Shown here one piece after another: positions 1-10,555 of a stretch of 64,000 bases of DNA. The stretch is from Leucoraja erinacea. Lineage: Eukaryota. The stretch is taken from positions 22,010,001-22,074,000 of the forward strand of contig NC_073387.1 of NCBI RefSeq assembly GCF_028641065.1. Direction: 5' to 3'. How positions within the stretch are numbered: position 1 is the first letter of the stretch; each line of letters opens with the position of its first letter. A program made the translations under genes and the position numbers. Below the pieces are notes generated by a model. It worked only from the letters and a program-made list of their open reading frames with translations. It searched no databases and had not been told where the DNA came from.

Positions 1-1688
1 GAAACAATTACCGGCGCGTTGTCATTTTGATCCAGGATGATGACATTCACCGTGGCGCTGCTGCTTAACGGAGGCACCCCACCATCACGGGCTTGTACAT
101 TGATCTGGAAGTTCTTGAGTTCCTCATAGTCGAAAGAACGCAGCGCGTAAATAGTACCGTTCATTGGGTTAATAGACAGGTAAGTGGATACTGGCAGGGT
201 TTGGATCCGATTGTCCCCAAAAGAGTAAGAGATATAGGAATTCTGCTCCTGATCAGCATCTAGTGCAATTAGTGCAAAAATGGATGCACCCGGAGCACTA
301 TTCTCCGTCACATATACGTTGTAGGATGATTCAGAAAACCGCGGGGCGTTATCGTTTATATCGGTTATTGCAATATGTATAGTTTTATTTGACGACAGTG
401 AAGGCGATCCCAAGTCCCATGCTGAAATTGGTAATGTGTACTCAGAAATTACTTCACGGTCCAACGTTTCACTGGTAACCAATTTATAATGGCTCGATGC
501 TGTTTGTAGTCTAAAAGGAACATTCTGAGGCAACTCGCAGCGGACTTGACCATTCACTCCAGAATCACGATCAATAACATCAATGAACATAATGAATGTT
601 CCTGGTGGAGCATTTTCCGGGATTTTGGTGGAGGCTGATGTCAGCTTTATCTCGGGTGCGTTATCATTCACGTCAGTTATTTTGATCAGCACATTTGCGT
701 GCCCAGTAATTGGAGGTGAACCATTATCCATAGCTTGAATATCGAGAGAATAGCTAGTTGCTTCTTCAAAATCCAGCGGTCCTTCTACACGGATCTCTCC
801 ATTATGTGGGTCTAATCTGAATAAATTACCCACTCTTCGCAAAGTAACATCACTAAAAGTGTACGTCAGCTCCGCGTTCAGACCTTCGTCCGCGTCATTT
901 GCATTGACTTTCATCACAATGGCACCTTGCCGAGCGTTCTCACTTAAGCTGCCCCTGTAATTATCTCGATCGAACACTGGTGGATTATCATTATTGTCCA
1001 ATACAGTAATGAGAACTTGAGCTGTGCCTGATCTCTGAGGTATCCCACCGTCAGTCGCCGTAAGCAAGAGTTGATATGATGATTGGACTTCTCGGTCTAA
1101 ATATTTCTCTAACAGTAACTCAGCTACCATAATACCATCTTCTTTTGTATGCGTTTTTATACTAAAGTGCTCATTGGAACTGATTGTGTAGGCGGTGACA
1201 GTATTTATTCCAATATCGGGATCGTCCGCGCTCTCAAGGCGGAAACGTACTCCGGGTGCAATCGCTTCAGATATCTGCAAGGCGATGCTTCCGTCATCGA
1301 AATTGGGAGGATTGTCATTTACATCGAGAATCTCTACTTCCCCGCGGTACACCTCCGAGGGATTTTCTAGTGTTGTTTTAAAATATATAGTACACATTTC
1401 GGTGTGCCTACAAATACCTTCCCTGTCGATTCTTTCACGAATAGATAATACCCCATTGTCTAAACCAACCTTCATGTACCGTCCACCGTCATCAGAGCCG
1501 AGTCGCAATTTGCGAGCTGATAATTGCCGCACGTTCAGACCCAGATCTTGTGCGAGATTTCCAACAAAAGCGCCTTCTTCCATTTCCTCCGGAATAGAAT
1601 AACGAAGTTGCCCGGTGATTAGATGCGGTGCACATACCAGTAACATACACGTAAACACATTGCAGGCAAACCTCAGTAGGTACGCCAT
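1..1688 (-). CDS. Protocadherin variable-type exon V1 (partial; signal peptide to end of EC5, runs off window)
   Basis: Manual translation from ACAATGGCG at 1688 gives MAYLLRFACNVFTCMLLVCAPHLITGQLRYSIPEEMEEGAFVGNLAQDLGL...LDVNDN...LDRE...ILDQNDNAPVIV. The frame is consistent down to base 1. Confidence 0.93.
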   Translation of the reverse strand, partial: MAYLLRFACNVFTCMLLVCAPHLITGQLRYSIPEEMEEGAFVGNLAQDLGLNVRQLSARKLRLGSDDGGRYMKVGLDNGVLSIRERIDREGICRHTEMCTIYFKTTLENPSEVYRGEVEILDVNDNPPNFDDGSIALQISEAIAPGVRFRLESADDPDIGINTVTAYTISSNEHFSIKTHTKEDGIMVAELLLEKYLDREVQSSYQLLLTATDGGIPQRSGTAQVLITVLDNNDNPPVFDRDNYRGSLSENARQGAIVMKVNANDADEGLNAELTYTFSDVTLRRVGNLFRLDPHNGEIRVEGPLDFEEATSYSLDIQAMDNGSPPITGHANVLIKITDVNDNAPEIKLTSASTKIPENAPPGTFIMFIDVIDRDSGVNGQVRCELPQNVPFRLQTASSHYKLVTSETLDREVISEYTLPISAWDLGSPSLSSNKTIHIAITDINDNAPRFSESSYNVYVTENSAPGASIFALIALDADQEQNSYISYSFGDNRIQTLPVSTYLSINPMNGTIYALRSFDYEELKNFQINVQARDGGVPPLSSSATVNVIILDQNDNAPVIV

Positions 1689-1896
1689 TGTTCCGTAGTC
1701 AGCGAATGTCCAAAACCAAGCCTCTCTTCGGGTAATCCGTAAAAAAATTCTTATTACAAGATAATGTAAGTCATATATATTCTGAAAGCCGTAAGGAAAC
1801 ACACTGTAAATCTATCTTCCCCAGCTTGATCCCACCATCAAAACGCAGGCACTGCTCGCCTTTCTCGTCGCGTCTGACGTTTTTGTTCTGGGCAGT

Positions 1897-1997
1897 GGGA
1901 GGGGCAATGGATCCATCTATGCACTTGAGCTTCTCATTGGTAGACAGCGACACGACCAGTTCTTTTTAATAACTACAGTTGCAATTCTTAAAGCTGG
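1897..1997 (-). promoter_or_regulatory. V1 promoter: CSE-like CGCT box, CCAAT and flanking conserved motifs
   Basis: Minus strand reads CTTTAAGAA...TGTAGTT...GTGTCGCTGTCTACCAAT...GATCCATTGCCCCTCC. The same layout precedes 8 exons. Confidence 0.8.
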
Positions 1998-3299
1998 ACT
2001 GTTCCCCAAAATATTTAACTGTGAAAAACCATAAACGCTAATTCCTGCAAATAACAGGTTGATTTGTTTTCCGCGTTGAACCTAGAAAGTCAAAGCAGAC
2101 ATGTTTTGGTGGCATTGTGACCTGAAAATGCTTCATACCATCTGAATAGATCCATTCACTCAAAAAATGTACAGATAGGTTGCATCATTACATCTGGGAT
2201 CCAATATACCAGACGGAAAAATACTCCCTACAACATGAGCCAGAGTCTGGCAATTGCCGTTAAGAATTGAATCAAAATATATTTATTTGGAAACTTCGTA
2301 CCTTTTTGTTCTTCGCTGCTGGGGTAGATTAATGGAAACATAAGAAATTGCCGTCGCATTAATCTTAAGCAAAATACACAGTGCTGGAGGAAAGCATGGT
2401 GCGCAGCATCTGCAATATATCGAAAAAGGGTCCTGGACACGACACGTTGACTGTCCATTTCTCCGACAGATGCTGCCAGATCCGTTGCGTTCCTCCAATA
2501 CTTTGTGTTTTGCTAGAGTTCCATATTGTTCTTGCACTACTAAACAGGCAGCAATGCATATTTGAGGAGATATTATTATAAAGCTACGAATTCATTACAA
2601 GCGAACACGAAGAACTAGATGATGGTATGAGAAATAGAATGCAAGCAAAGAAGTATAATCCTTTTTTGGGGGGTGATTGACTGATAATCCTGGACATGAG
2701 CCCCAGCAAGTTTTTAGTTGCTGAATTAAGTTTAAACTTAGTATTAGTTATACCACAAGATGTGGATGTTCTTTCGAAATCACTTCGGTTGCAGAAAGAC
2801 ACAGAACCAGCTTCAAGCCTCAATTGACCCAAGTATTAAATATCATCAATAAGGGAAAACAACACAAAAGGCTGCAAACATTCATCAGCTCAACGATTAT
2901 CTAAGGAAAGAGATCAATTAAATAATCAGGCCTGGGCCCCTTCGTCGTAATTGTCAACCATTGAAAATAAGTTTGTTTTCATTGGTAATCTGAATGGGAA
3001 GTGGGGGATAGAAAATACTAATATCTTTCAGAAGTTTAAACCAAATGCGTATTCGCAGCGGCAGGGTGGCATTTACGATAAGATTATACTTCGTCGTTTC
3101 TGATGTACTTTGCACGACATTTCTCATTTGTGAGCCCTGTAGACATACGACAATCAGTGAGTGGCAAAGTCTTGCACGGAATTCGAGGACCTAAGGATAT
3201 TTTGGGGGTATAAAAATTAGTTATTTATAAATGGGGAGCACGGGTAAGCAGGGTGGTCACGTTCGCATGTGGCACCCTTGCCCTCATTGGCCTAGGTGC

Positions 3300-3700
3300 G
3301 CAGCAAAATAGTTCAGATATCGTGCAACGGCTGAACAAAATATTGCTTCGGCCTCATTTGAATGATTGTGCACAATTCAGGTCTGAGCGACATAGGAATT
3401 GTGTGATTAAGCAAGGGAAGGTGCATGAAAGATTACAAGGTATGTGGTCTCAATTGGATGGCTGATGAGACGCCCACTTCGCCAAACAGTTGCAGTTAGA
3501 CCACCAGAGCCAACTAGAACTCCTGATTACAACATCTTCAATTCACATTCCAATGCAGATCTCTCTGTCCTCATTTTTTCTCCATACTCAGAGAGGCCAC
3601 ATACAAACTGAAATACAAGCACCCATATATTGAGCTTGCGTGGTCTACAACCCAAAGGCATGAACATTGAATTTTTCAAGTATAGATTACCGCCCATCCA
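3300..3700 (+). mobile_element. Decayed CR1-like fragment followed by a Penelope-like 3' fragment
   Basis: Degenerate similarity to the better preserved CR1 (63163-63964) and Penelope (62760-63160) copies, e.g. ctacaacccaaaggcatgaacattgaattttt. Confidence 0.45.
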
Positions 3701-3819
3701 CCACCTTCTCCTGTGGATCTACACGGCTGCTCTCGCGTACATATTTTATTTCCACTCCTCGTCTACTCATCTTTCAGCTGTTCCAGATCTTCCTTCTGCT
3801 CGTCATCCACCACTGCATC

Positions 3820-4112
3820 CCGGCAAGAGGGCCTGAAAACATCGGACTGGCTGAGGAGGCCACAAATAGGCCCCGACCTCGGATGGACTATGAGGAAGAG
3901 GAGAACTGGACTTTTTGGTGCCTTCCCTCACTGGGGTTTCTGCTGTGGGTAGACGTTTCATTTTAAATCCTATAGTTTACTGTGTCGTTTTTCTTTTTTC
4001 TTTTATATGGGTGTATGGAAATATAATTTATTCTCTGAAAAGCACTTTGACTTCAACGTGATTTGATTTAAAAGTGCTATATAAATAAAAAATACTTACT
4101 TACTTACTTACT
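3820..4112 (+). mobile_element. Short non-LTR/SINE-like insertion with AATAAA and (TTAC)n tail
   Basis: Absent from the paralogous flank near 11350. Shares ggaggcc..aataggccc..gaactggactttt with 45960-46221. Confidence 0.5.
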
Positions 4113-4643
4113 ATAACAACACCCAGCCTCTGCAAACAACCACCCAAGAACCCTGCTTGCCTATACTTCTATATATATGTTTCTAATTTCCCCTTCTTAT
4201 CGGATTCCATCATCTCATTCTTTTTCACCTATTAACTCCCGCAATCCGTTGTTTTGCATCTGTCAACCAACGCATTCCTTTGCTGGATTCCACTTGCCTC
4301 ACCACTTACGTTCACCTCTTTCTAACAGTTAATACTCCATTAGTCCAGATTGGAGGAAGAGTGTCTACCACAAACGTTATCTGTCCATATCCAAGCTCAA
4401 TTGGTGGCCCATTTGACGAGTTTCCAAACACCTCGTTTTATTTTGTACAATATTTTAGGATCCGCAGTCTCTCGTGATTCGGGTTCATTTTATATTTTAA
4501 TTCTCGTCATCTAAATTTGTTATTTGGTTACGTGCTCTGTTCATATCAGCGCTTCAAATGGAATATGCTGAGGACGAACGTCTTTCGCGTGTATTTTAGT
4601 TTAAGCAAGTAAATGGATTCAGCATCCTTAATGTAATTGATCT

Positions 4644-4644
<1 letters not shown>

Positions 4645-4679
<35 letters not shown>

Positions 4680-4908
4680 TTTATTTATAGAGCACTTTAA
4701 AAACAAACATAGCTGCAACAAAGTGCTGTACATCACTAATCATTGACAAAAAAGTTAATACACACCAAAAATAACAATCAAAAGAAATAGTAGGAAAAGA
4801 CATGTAAAATAAAGAAACATCAAAAACACCACAAACAGAAGCAAAGCCTCAGGCATGGTCAAAAGCCAGGGAGTACAAATGCGTTTTAACACTGGATTTG
4901 AAGATGGA
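4645..4908 (-). mobile_element. Non-LTR element 3' end with (AAT)n tail
   Basis: Interrupts gatc(c/t)tata|cagtgtatatttg, which is contiguous in the paralogous flank at ~11960-11980. (AAT)n at 4645-4679. Confidence 0.55.
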
Positions 4909-5159
4909 CAGTGTATATTTGTCCGTCGTTCAATGATAAGCAATAAGACATTTTAGATTTGACAGATCCAACACTCATTCGATTGGACTTTATTTGCTGA
5001 AAGTTATATATTTTAACCATTACAACAAATGCACTATTTAAACGAAAGCGTAAAAATGGATCAAAATAATATTTTCCTAAATATTTCACTCACGAATGAT
5101 TCACATTCCTTGATATTATAATTACCCCAAATAAGATACCCCTTCCAAGGGGTTACGCA

Positions 5160-7535
5160 TCATTGCGCCTGAGACGTGGGAGCGCCGCATGGCTTCAAGA
5201 AGAGAAAATCACTTTTCGCTGACTCTGGAGACAGGCAGACCGAGTATTGATGCGGTTCCGGCACACGGACAACCCGTCCTGTCCCGGGATAGCGTAAAGT
5301 TTCCTCCATGGCAGGCCTTCCATTAAACGTGCCCTGCGAATCTCCGCGATTGTAACAATAACTGGGGGTGTTATACCCTTGGATGATACTTCTATCCTGT
5401 TTACACTTGATCCCAATCAACAGAACGATGATCAGAAGGAAGACAACGGAGGTGCAACTGAAAATGATGATTAAGTAAACATTTGGATCAGATAAATATC
5501 CCGAATTTTTCACCAAGGTACTGCTTTCCGTGATTCCTTCAGTACTGTTCTCCAAAACGCTAATGTTCATTGTAACTGTACTGGACAGGCTTGGCTGCCC
5601 ATTGTCCTTCACCAAGATGACCAGCGTGTGTACAGAAATATCTGTCTGCAAAATACTGCGCGCTGTTCTGATTTCACCTGAATTTTTCGTAACGGTGAAC
5701 AAAGTGGGATCGGTAGATTTCACCATCTGATAAAAGAGCCGTGCATTCTGACCAGAATCTTCATCAGTTGCCATTATCTTGGTGACCAAATACCCTTGAC
5801 CCGCTGACCGGCGCAAAACCTCTGCTGATCCACTTTGTTCTGAAGGTGAAACAATTACGGGCGCGTTGTCATTTTGATCCAGGATGATCACATTCACCGT
5901 GGCGCTGCTGCTCAATGGAGGCACCCCAGCGTCTCGGGCTTGTACGTTAATCTGGAAGTTTTTGAGTTCCTCATAGTCAAATGACCGCAACGCATAAATG
6001 GTACCGTTCATGGAGTTAATGGCCAGGTAAGTGGACACTGGTAGATTTTGGATGAAATTGTCCACCAAAGAGTAAGAGACATAGGAATTCTGCTCCAGAT
6101 CAGGATCTAGAGCAGTTAGTACGAAAATCGATGCGCCGGGTGCATTGTTCTCCATCACATATACGTTATAGGTTGATTCAGCAAACCGCGGGGCGTTATC
6201 GTTTACATCGGTTATTGTAATATGGATGGTTTTATTTGACGTCAGTGAAGGCGATCCCAGGTCCCGGGCTAGAATTGGTAATTTAAACTCAGAAATTGTT
6301 TCACGGTCCAACGTTGCACTGGTAATTAATTTATAATGGTTCGATGATGTCTGTAGGCTAAATGGGATATTCTTGGGTAGCTCGCAGCTGATTTGACCGT
6401 TCTCTCCAGAATCCCGGTCAATAACATCAAAGAACGTTATGAATGTCCCTGGCGGAGCATTTTCCGGGATTTTGTTGGAAGCTGATGTCACCTTAATCTC
6501 AGGCGCGTTATCGTTCACGTCAATGACCTTGATCAGCACGTTAGAATGTCCGGCCATTGCGGGTGAACCGTGGTCCACAGCTTGAACAGCAAGAGAATAG
6601 CTGTTTGCTTCTTCAAAATCCAGCGGTCCTTCAACTCGAACCTCCCCACTATATGGGTCTAAACTGAATAAATGACGCGCTCTTCGCAAATCAACATCAC
6701 TGAAAGAATATGCTATCTCAGCATTCAGCCCTTCGTCCAAATCATTTGCTTTGACTTTCAGCACCAAGGTACCATGTGGTGCATCCTCGCTTACGCTGAC
6801 CCTGTAAATGTCATCATCAAACACAGGCGCATTATCATTGAAGTCCAAAACAGTAACAAGAATCTGAGCTGTCCCTGTTCTCTGAGGAGTGCCACCGTCT
6901 GTCGCAGTGAGCAAGAGCTGAAAAGAAGATAGCAGCTCTCGGTCCAGTGACTTATCTAACAGCAACTCTGGTATAAGAACATCGCTCTCGGTTCTGTGTG
7001 TTTTGATACTAAAATACTCGGTGAAACTGATTGTGTAGGCGACGACAGTATTTATTCCAATATCAGGATCTTCTGCCCTCTCGAGACGGAAACGTACCCC
7101 GGGTGCACTCGCTTCCGATGTCTGTAATACGATGCTGCCGTTTCCGAAAGTAGGTGGATTATCATTGACATCAAGAATCTCTACTACACCGCGGTACACC
7201 TCTAACGGATTTTCCAGTGTTGTTTTAAAAGACACGGTACACATTTCCGCTTGCCTACAGATACGTTCTCTGTCGATTCTTTCACGAATAGATAATATTC
7301 CATTGTCCAAACTAACCTTCATGTATCGCCCTCCGTCATCGGAGCTCAGTCGGAATTTGCGAGCTGACAATTGCCGTACATTCAGGCCCAGATCTTGAGC
7401 GATATTTCCAACAAATGCCCCTTCTTCTTTTTCTTCGAGTATAGAATAACGCAATTGCCCGGAAATTAGATCCGGTGCACATATCAGAAGCATGAATGCA
7501 ATCTCGTTAAAAGGAAACCTCGGTCCGTACGCCAT
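5160..7535 (-). CDS. Protocadherin variable-type exon V2 (complete, stop-terminated)
   Basis: ORF 5160-7637; likely start ACAATGGCG at 7535 (MAYGPRF). Six EC repeats with DRE/DxNDN/AxDxG motifs, TM segment, YSVCLSPESAKSDFLFLKP tail. Confidence 0.95.
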   Translation of the reverse strand: MAYGPRFPFNEIAFMLLICAPDLISGQLRYSILEEKEEGAFVGNIAQDLGLNVRQLSARKFRLSSDDGGRYMKVSLDNGILSIRERIDRERICRQAEMCTVSFKTTLENPLEVYRGVVEILDVNDNPPTFGNGSIVLQTSEASAPGVRFRLERAEDPDIGINTVVAYTISFTEYFSIKTHRTESDVLIPELLLDKSLDRELLSSFQLLLTATDGGTPQRTGTAQILVTVLDFNDNAPVFDDDIYRVSVSEDAPHGTLVLKVKANDLDEGLNAEIAYSFSDVDLRRARHLFSLDPYSGEVRVEGPLDFEEANSYSLAVQAVDHGSPAMAGHSNVLIKVIDVNDNAPEIKVTSASNKIPENAPPGTFITFFDVIDRDSGENGQISCELPKNIPFSLQTSSNHYKLITSATLDRETISEFKLPILARDLGSPSLTSNKTIHITITDVNDNAPRFAESTYNVYVMENNAPGASIFVLTALDPDLEQNSYVSYSLVDNFIQNLPVSTYLAINSMNGTIYALRSFDYEELKNFQINVQARDAGVPPLSSSATVNVIILDQNDNAPVIVSPSEQSGSAEVLRRSAGQGYLVTKIMATDEDSGQNARLFYQMVKSTDPTLFTVTKNSGEIRTARSILQTDISVHTLVILVKDNGQPSLSSTVTMNISVLENSTEGITESSTLVKNSGYLSDPNVYLIIIFSCTSVVFLLIIVLLIGIKCKQDRSIIQGYNTPSYCYNRGDSQGTFNGRPAMEETLRYPGTGRVVRVPEPHQYSVCLSPESAKSDFLFLKPCGAPTSQAQ

Positions 7536-7736
7536 TGTTCCGCACTCAAATAATGTTGAAAAACAGGCCTCTCCTCGATTAATCGGTAACACTGTTCTTA
7601 CCACGATGTAGAATATATCTTCTAATTGCCTAGTCAAAACAGGCAGGGTATTATATACTCCGCAGCTTAATAATACGATAAAACGCAGTGACTGCTCGCC
7701 TTTCTGTCGGGTCTGGCGTTTTTATTCTGGGATGTA

Positions 7737-7836
7737 GGAGGGGCAATGGATCCATCTGTGTACTTCAGCTTCTCATTGGTAGACAGCGACACAGCCAGTT
7801 TTTTTTAGACAACTGCAGCTACGGTTCTTAAAGCTG
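7737..7836 (-). promoter_or_regulatory. V2 promoter (CSE-like)
   Basis: TGCAGTTG...GTGTCGCTGTCTACCAAT...GATCCATTGCCCCTCC on the minus strand. Confidence 0.8.
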
Positions 7837-9021
7837 TATGGTAGACTTTAAATTGTGGCATACAACCAGAACATGTATCAGTCAATGCTTCATTTTTGTT
7901 TTCAGCATATATCTTCGAAAGTCATCGTAGGCGTTTTGAGGCATTTTGACATAAACTATCAAAGTTTCACTCAGATTGTTTGAATTGTTATTATTGCTCC
8001 GTAAATACCTTCTAGTTTGATAAAGCATGTTGTAGAGATAAATCTTCATTGTTGTTCCATCAGCACACTTGCAGTCAACCGTGAAATTAATGGTTTCAGG
8101 GAATGAAAGGGTGTAATGGTTAAAATATATTCAGTTCAAGATAATAAAAAGGGGTATACATTTCTACAGACTATTTTAACGGGGCTGAAGTAAACTTGAT
8201 AAATAAATGCGTAAAGCAGGACTCTAGAAAACATTGAAGACTGTGCGTTTTTGTTCGTTCATGGAGAAGGCACGCGGAGCCAACAATGGAGTGCTACATT
8301 GGTCTACCTTAGATTCTTCAATATCCATTTGGGAACATCAAAATGGTGAATTTTGGTGAATTGTGAATTTGGAAAATGGTGAATTGCTTAACGTTTCGTC
8401 GACTCGGACTATCCTTGCTGACTTTACTTTCAACTGAACGTTATTCCCTTATCATGTATCTATGCACGGTAAATCGATTGAATGCAATCTTGTATTGCCA
8501 TTTTGCTGACTGGTTAGCATGCAACAAAAACTTTTAACTCTATCTCAGTACACGTAACAATAAATTAAACTGATCTGACTAAACTGAACGAAACAAATAG
8601 TGAATTGCTAATATCTTTTCTCGGCATCAGTTGATTTCTTGGTTGGAATTAAATTAGAGGCGAAGAAATGCCAAAGTATCCAAGATATATTCAAATAAAG
8701 TGAGTTCGGTATTCCGACTGTGCATGCCCGGTCATAGGTCACCAGCTATAAACAGTCTCGGCAACGGTGGTGCTGCATTGTATGCAGGCTTGCGTTTCGG
8801 CCGTGGGCGGGGTCGGGCCCGGCTCTCCGTCGCTGCGGGCGCTGTTGAATTGCTGCTGGACAGTCCCCATCTGAACCCCGGTGTCCCGTCCCTGTCCGGG
8901 GTGGCCCTGAGCTGGCTGGGCAGCCCCGGACTTGCAGCCGGTGCTGCAGCTGCTGGCTCCAGCTCGGCTCTGCCTGTCCCGCCCGGTTGGCCTGCAGCAC
9001 TCTACCTCCAACCCCCTCCCG

Positions 9022-9700
9022 TCAGTCCGACACCGAGGTCCTACTGAAGATGGGCATGCGCCAGCCGTGCTCGAAGGGGCGACTCGGAGCCTGGTCGGAG
9101 AGTCTGCGGACGGGCTCCTGCCGGCCATGGGCAGACCGGGCGCCCGCTGGAACTGCTGGTCCTGCTGGTGGTGCTGGCGGTAGCAGGAAATTCCGCCCCC
9201 TTCACTTGCCCAGCCCCAAACCCAGACTCCGGGCTAGCTCTAACTCCAGGTCGAGGCTGAAAGCCGCCCGCAGCGCAGCCCAGGAGGCCGAGCCCAGGTT
9301 GGCGCTGACGCAGGCGAGGCCCTCGCTCCTCCTCTGGGTTGTGGATGAAGTGGCAGCGGGTACCGTAGGGGCTGAAGCCGGTAGTTTGCACGTAAGGTGG
9401 CTTGTACTTGCGGTGGCTTGTAATTGAGGAGCGCAGCTCGGCCAGGCCATGGGGGAACTGGCACTTGTCGCCGTAACGGCCCATCGGGGAGCGGGTTCCC
9501 CTGTTGTTGGAGCGGGATTGAGCTGGAATTGCCGCTAGCTGTGCGCTGATTCACCGTGCTGGCTGTTGGTCTGGGGCTCCTGGTGTCGTTGGTCCGGGCT
9601 GTCAGTTGACCCGGCGGGAGAGACGGTGAGCTGGGTTTGGCGCTTCTGTGCGCTGACGGGGCCTAGGAGCCGGTGTCCCGTCGGCCTGGACGTCTCCGGC
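9022..9700 (-). pseudogene. ZFP36/TIS11-family (tandem CCCH zinc finger) pseudogene fragment
   Basis: Pieces in shifting frames: DVQADGTP..RLSRR (cf. DRKAVGTP..RRHS); RYGDKCQFPHGLAELRS..HRKYK..GFSPYGTRCHFIHNPEEE; GSESPL; C-terminal RMPIFSRTSVSD* (cf. RLPIFNRISVSE / RLPIFSRLSISD). Zinc ligands are lost, with frameshifts and deletions. Confidence 0.88.
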
Positions 9701-9750
9701 CGACCCCCGGGCGGTCGATCCTGTCTGCGGATGAGGCGGATGAGGCGGAT

Positions 9751-9810
9751 CTCCCCCCCCCCCCCCCCCCCCCCCCCCACCCCCCCCCCCCCCACCCCCC
9801 CCCCCCCACC
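9751..9810 (+). repeat. Interrupted poly-C tract
   Basis: About 60 bp of C with sporadic A. Confidence 0.9.
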
Positions 9811-10555
9811 TCCCCTCGCATCTCCCACTCGCATCTGCCCTCTCTATCTGCCCCCTGACAAATACAAACTTGAAAAAGCTACACTCACTGAATCTACAGC
9901 ACTTCGATCGATGTTTATTCGGAGTACCGAACTCGCTTGTTACTCTGACTAAAATGAGCGCAACTTGGAATGGAAGCATACGTTTGTGGTGGTGAAGTAG
10001 GCTAATATTCTTCCAAAGACACCTTGCAGAGATGAAAGTGATAAAAGATTCTGAAAATTGATTTTATTTTTTTCGGCACATCATTTAGGGTCTGTCTGAT
10101 CTACTCAGATTCCCATATCCAACAACCTATGTCCTATGATAGGTGAGGTTTCGGGTCGGGACCTTTCTTTAGACAGTATGAAGAAGAGTCCCGACCCCAA
10201 ACGTCACCTATCGAAGGTGGACAAAAATGCTGGGGAAACCTTTCTTCGGGCCGAAACCTTTCTTCATTTAATCCAGCATTTTGTGTCTTTCCTTGGTAAA
10301 CCTGCATCCGCATTTCCTTGGTTCTAACTTTTGCCATTATTCTGTGTATGCTAGAGATGCTTCTTGTGTTCTGACTGTAATCTGCTCCTTTGACATTGTT
10401 GATGGAGCCACTGAGTATATCCGCTGCTGTCCATCGAACATTTCTCGTGAATTTGAAAGCACGGGTGCACTAGGGAATCAGATAAAGGCTTCAAAATATT
10501 CCAGTGTTGTTTCTACTACCATCACTCAGCAATGTTTATATTCGGATTGATTTGG

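Larger units (their letters stand above)
8697..9940. mobile_element. Non-autonomous DNA element with inverted termini carrying a host gene fragment
   Basis: AAGTGAGTTCGGTATTCCGA (8698-8717) versus reverse complement of 9919-9938, AAGCGAGTTCGGTACTCCGA (18/20). The empty site ttcaaat|tact is seen at ~21508-21522 and ~31168-31182. Confidence 0.75.

Noticed and set aside
1195-1602. Recurrent antisense and alternate-frame ORFs overlapping each Pcdh exon (also 5195, 7132, 14128, 29361, 51865 and others)
   Set aside because: They are shadows of the duplicated cadherin coding sequence, and their recurrence reflects paralogy.
5160-5175. C-terminal SQAQ matching DWRFSQAQ of the Pcdh-gamma constant region
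   Set aside because: Only four residues match, with no flanking similarity.
6888-6910. Exonic CTCF-like site in the ATDGGT codons of EC2
   Set aside because: The match is weak and its conservation is explained by the AxDxG protein motif; it cannot be supported without ChIP data.
7536-7637. N-terminal extensions of the ORF-track calls for V2, V3, V6 and V9
   Set aside because: They start at non-ATG or upstream codons. The conserved ACAATGGCG followed by a signal peptide marks the likely start.
8732-8775. PPLPRLFIAGDL* as the ZFP36 C-terminus
   Set aside because: A much better match, RMPIFSRTSVSD*, ends at 9022, so 8720-9021 is 3' UTR or other cargo.
9535-9979. Poly-Gly and poly-Pro ORFs (also at 11213 and 40516)
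   Set aside because: They are translations of poly-C/G tracts.
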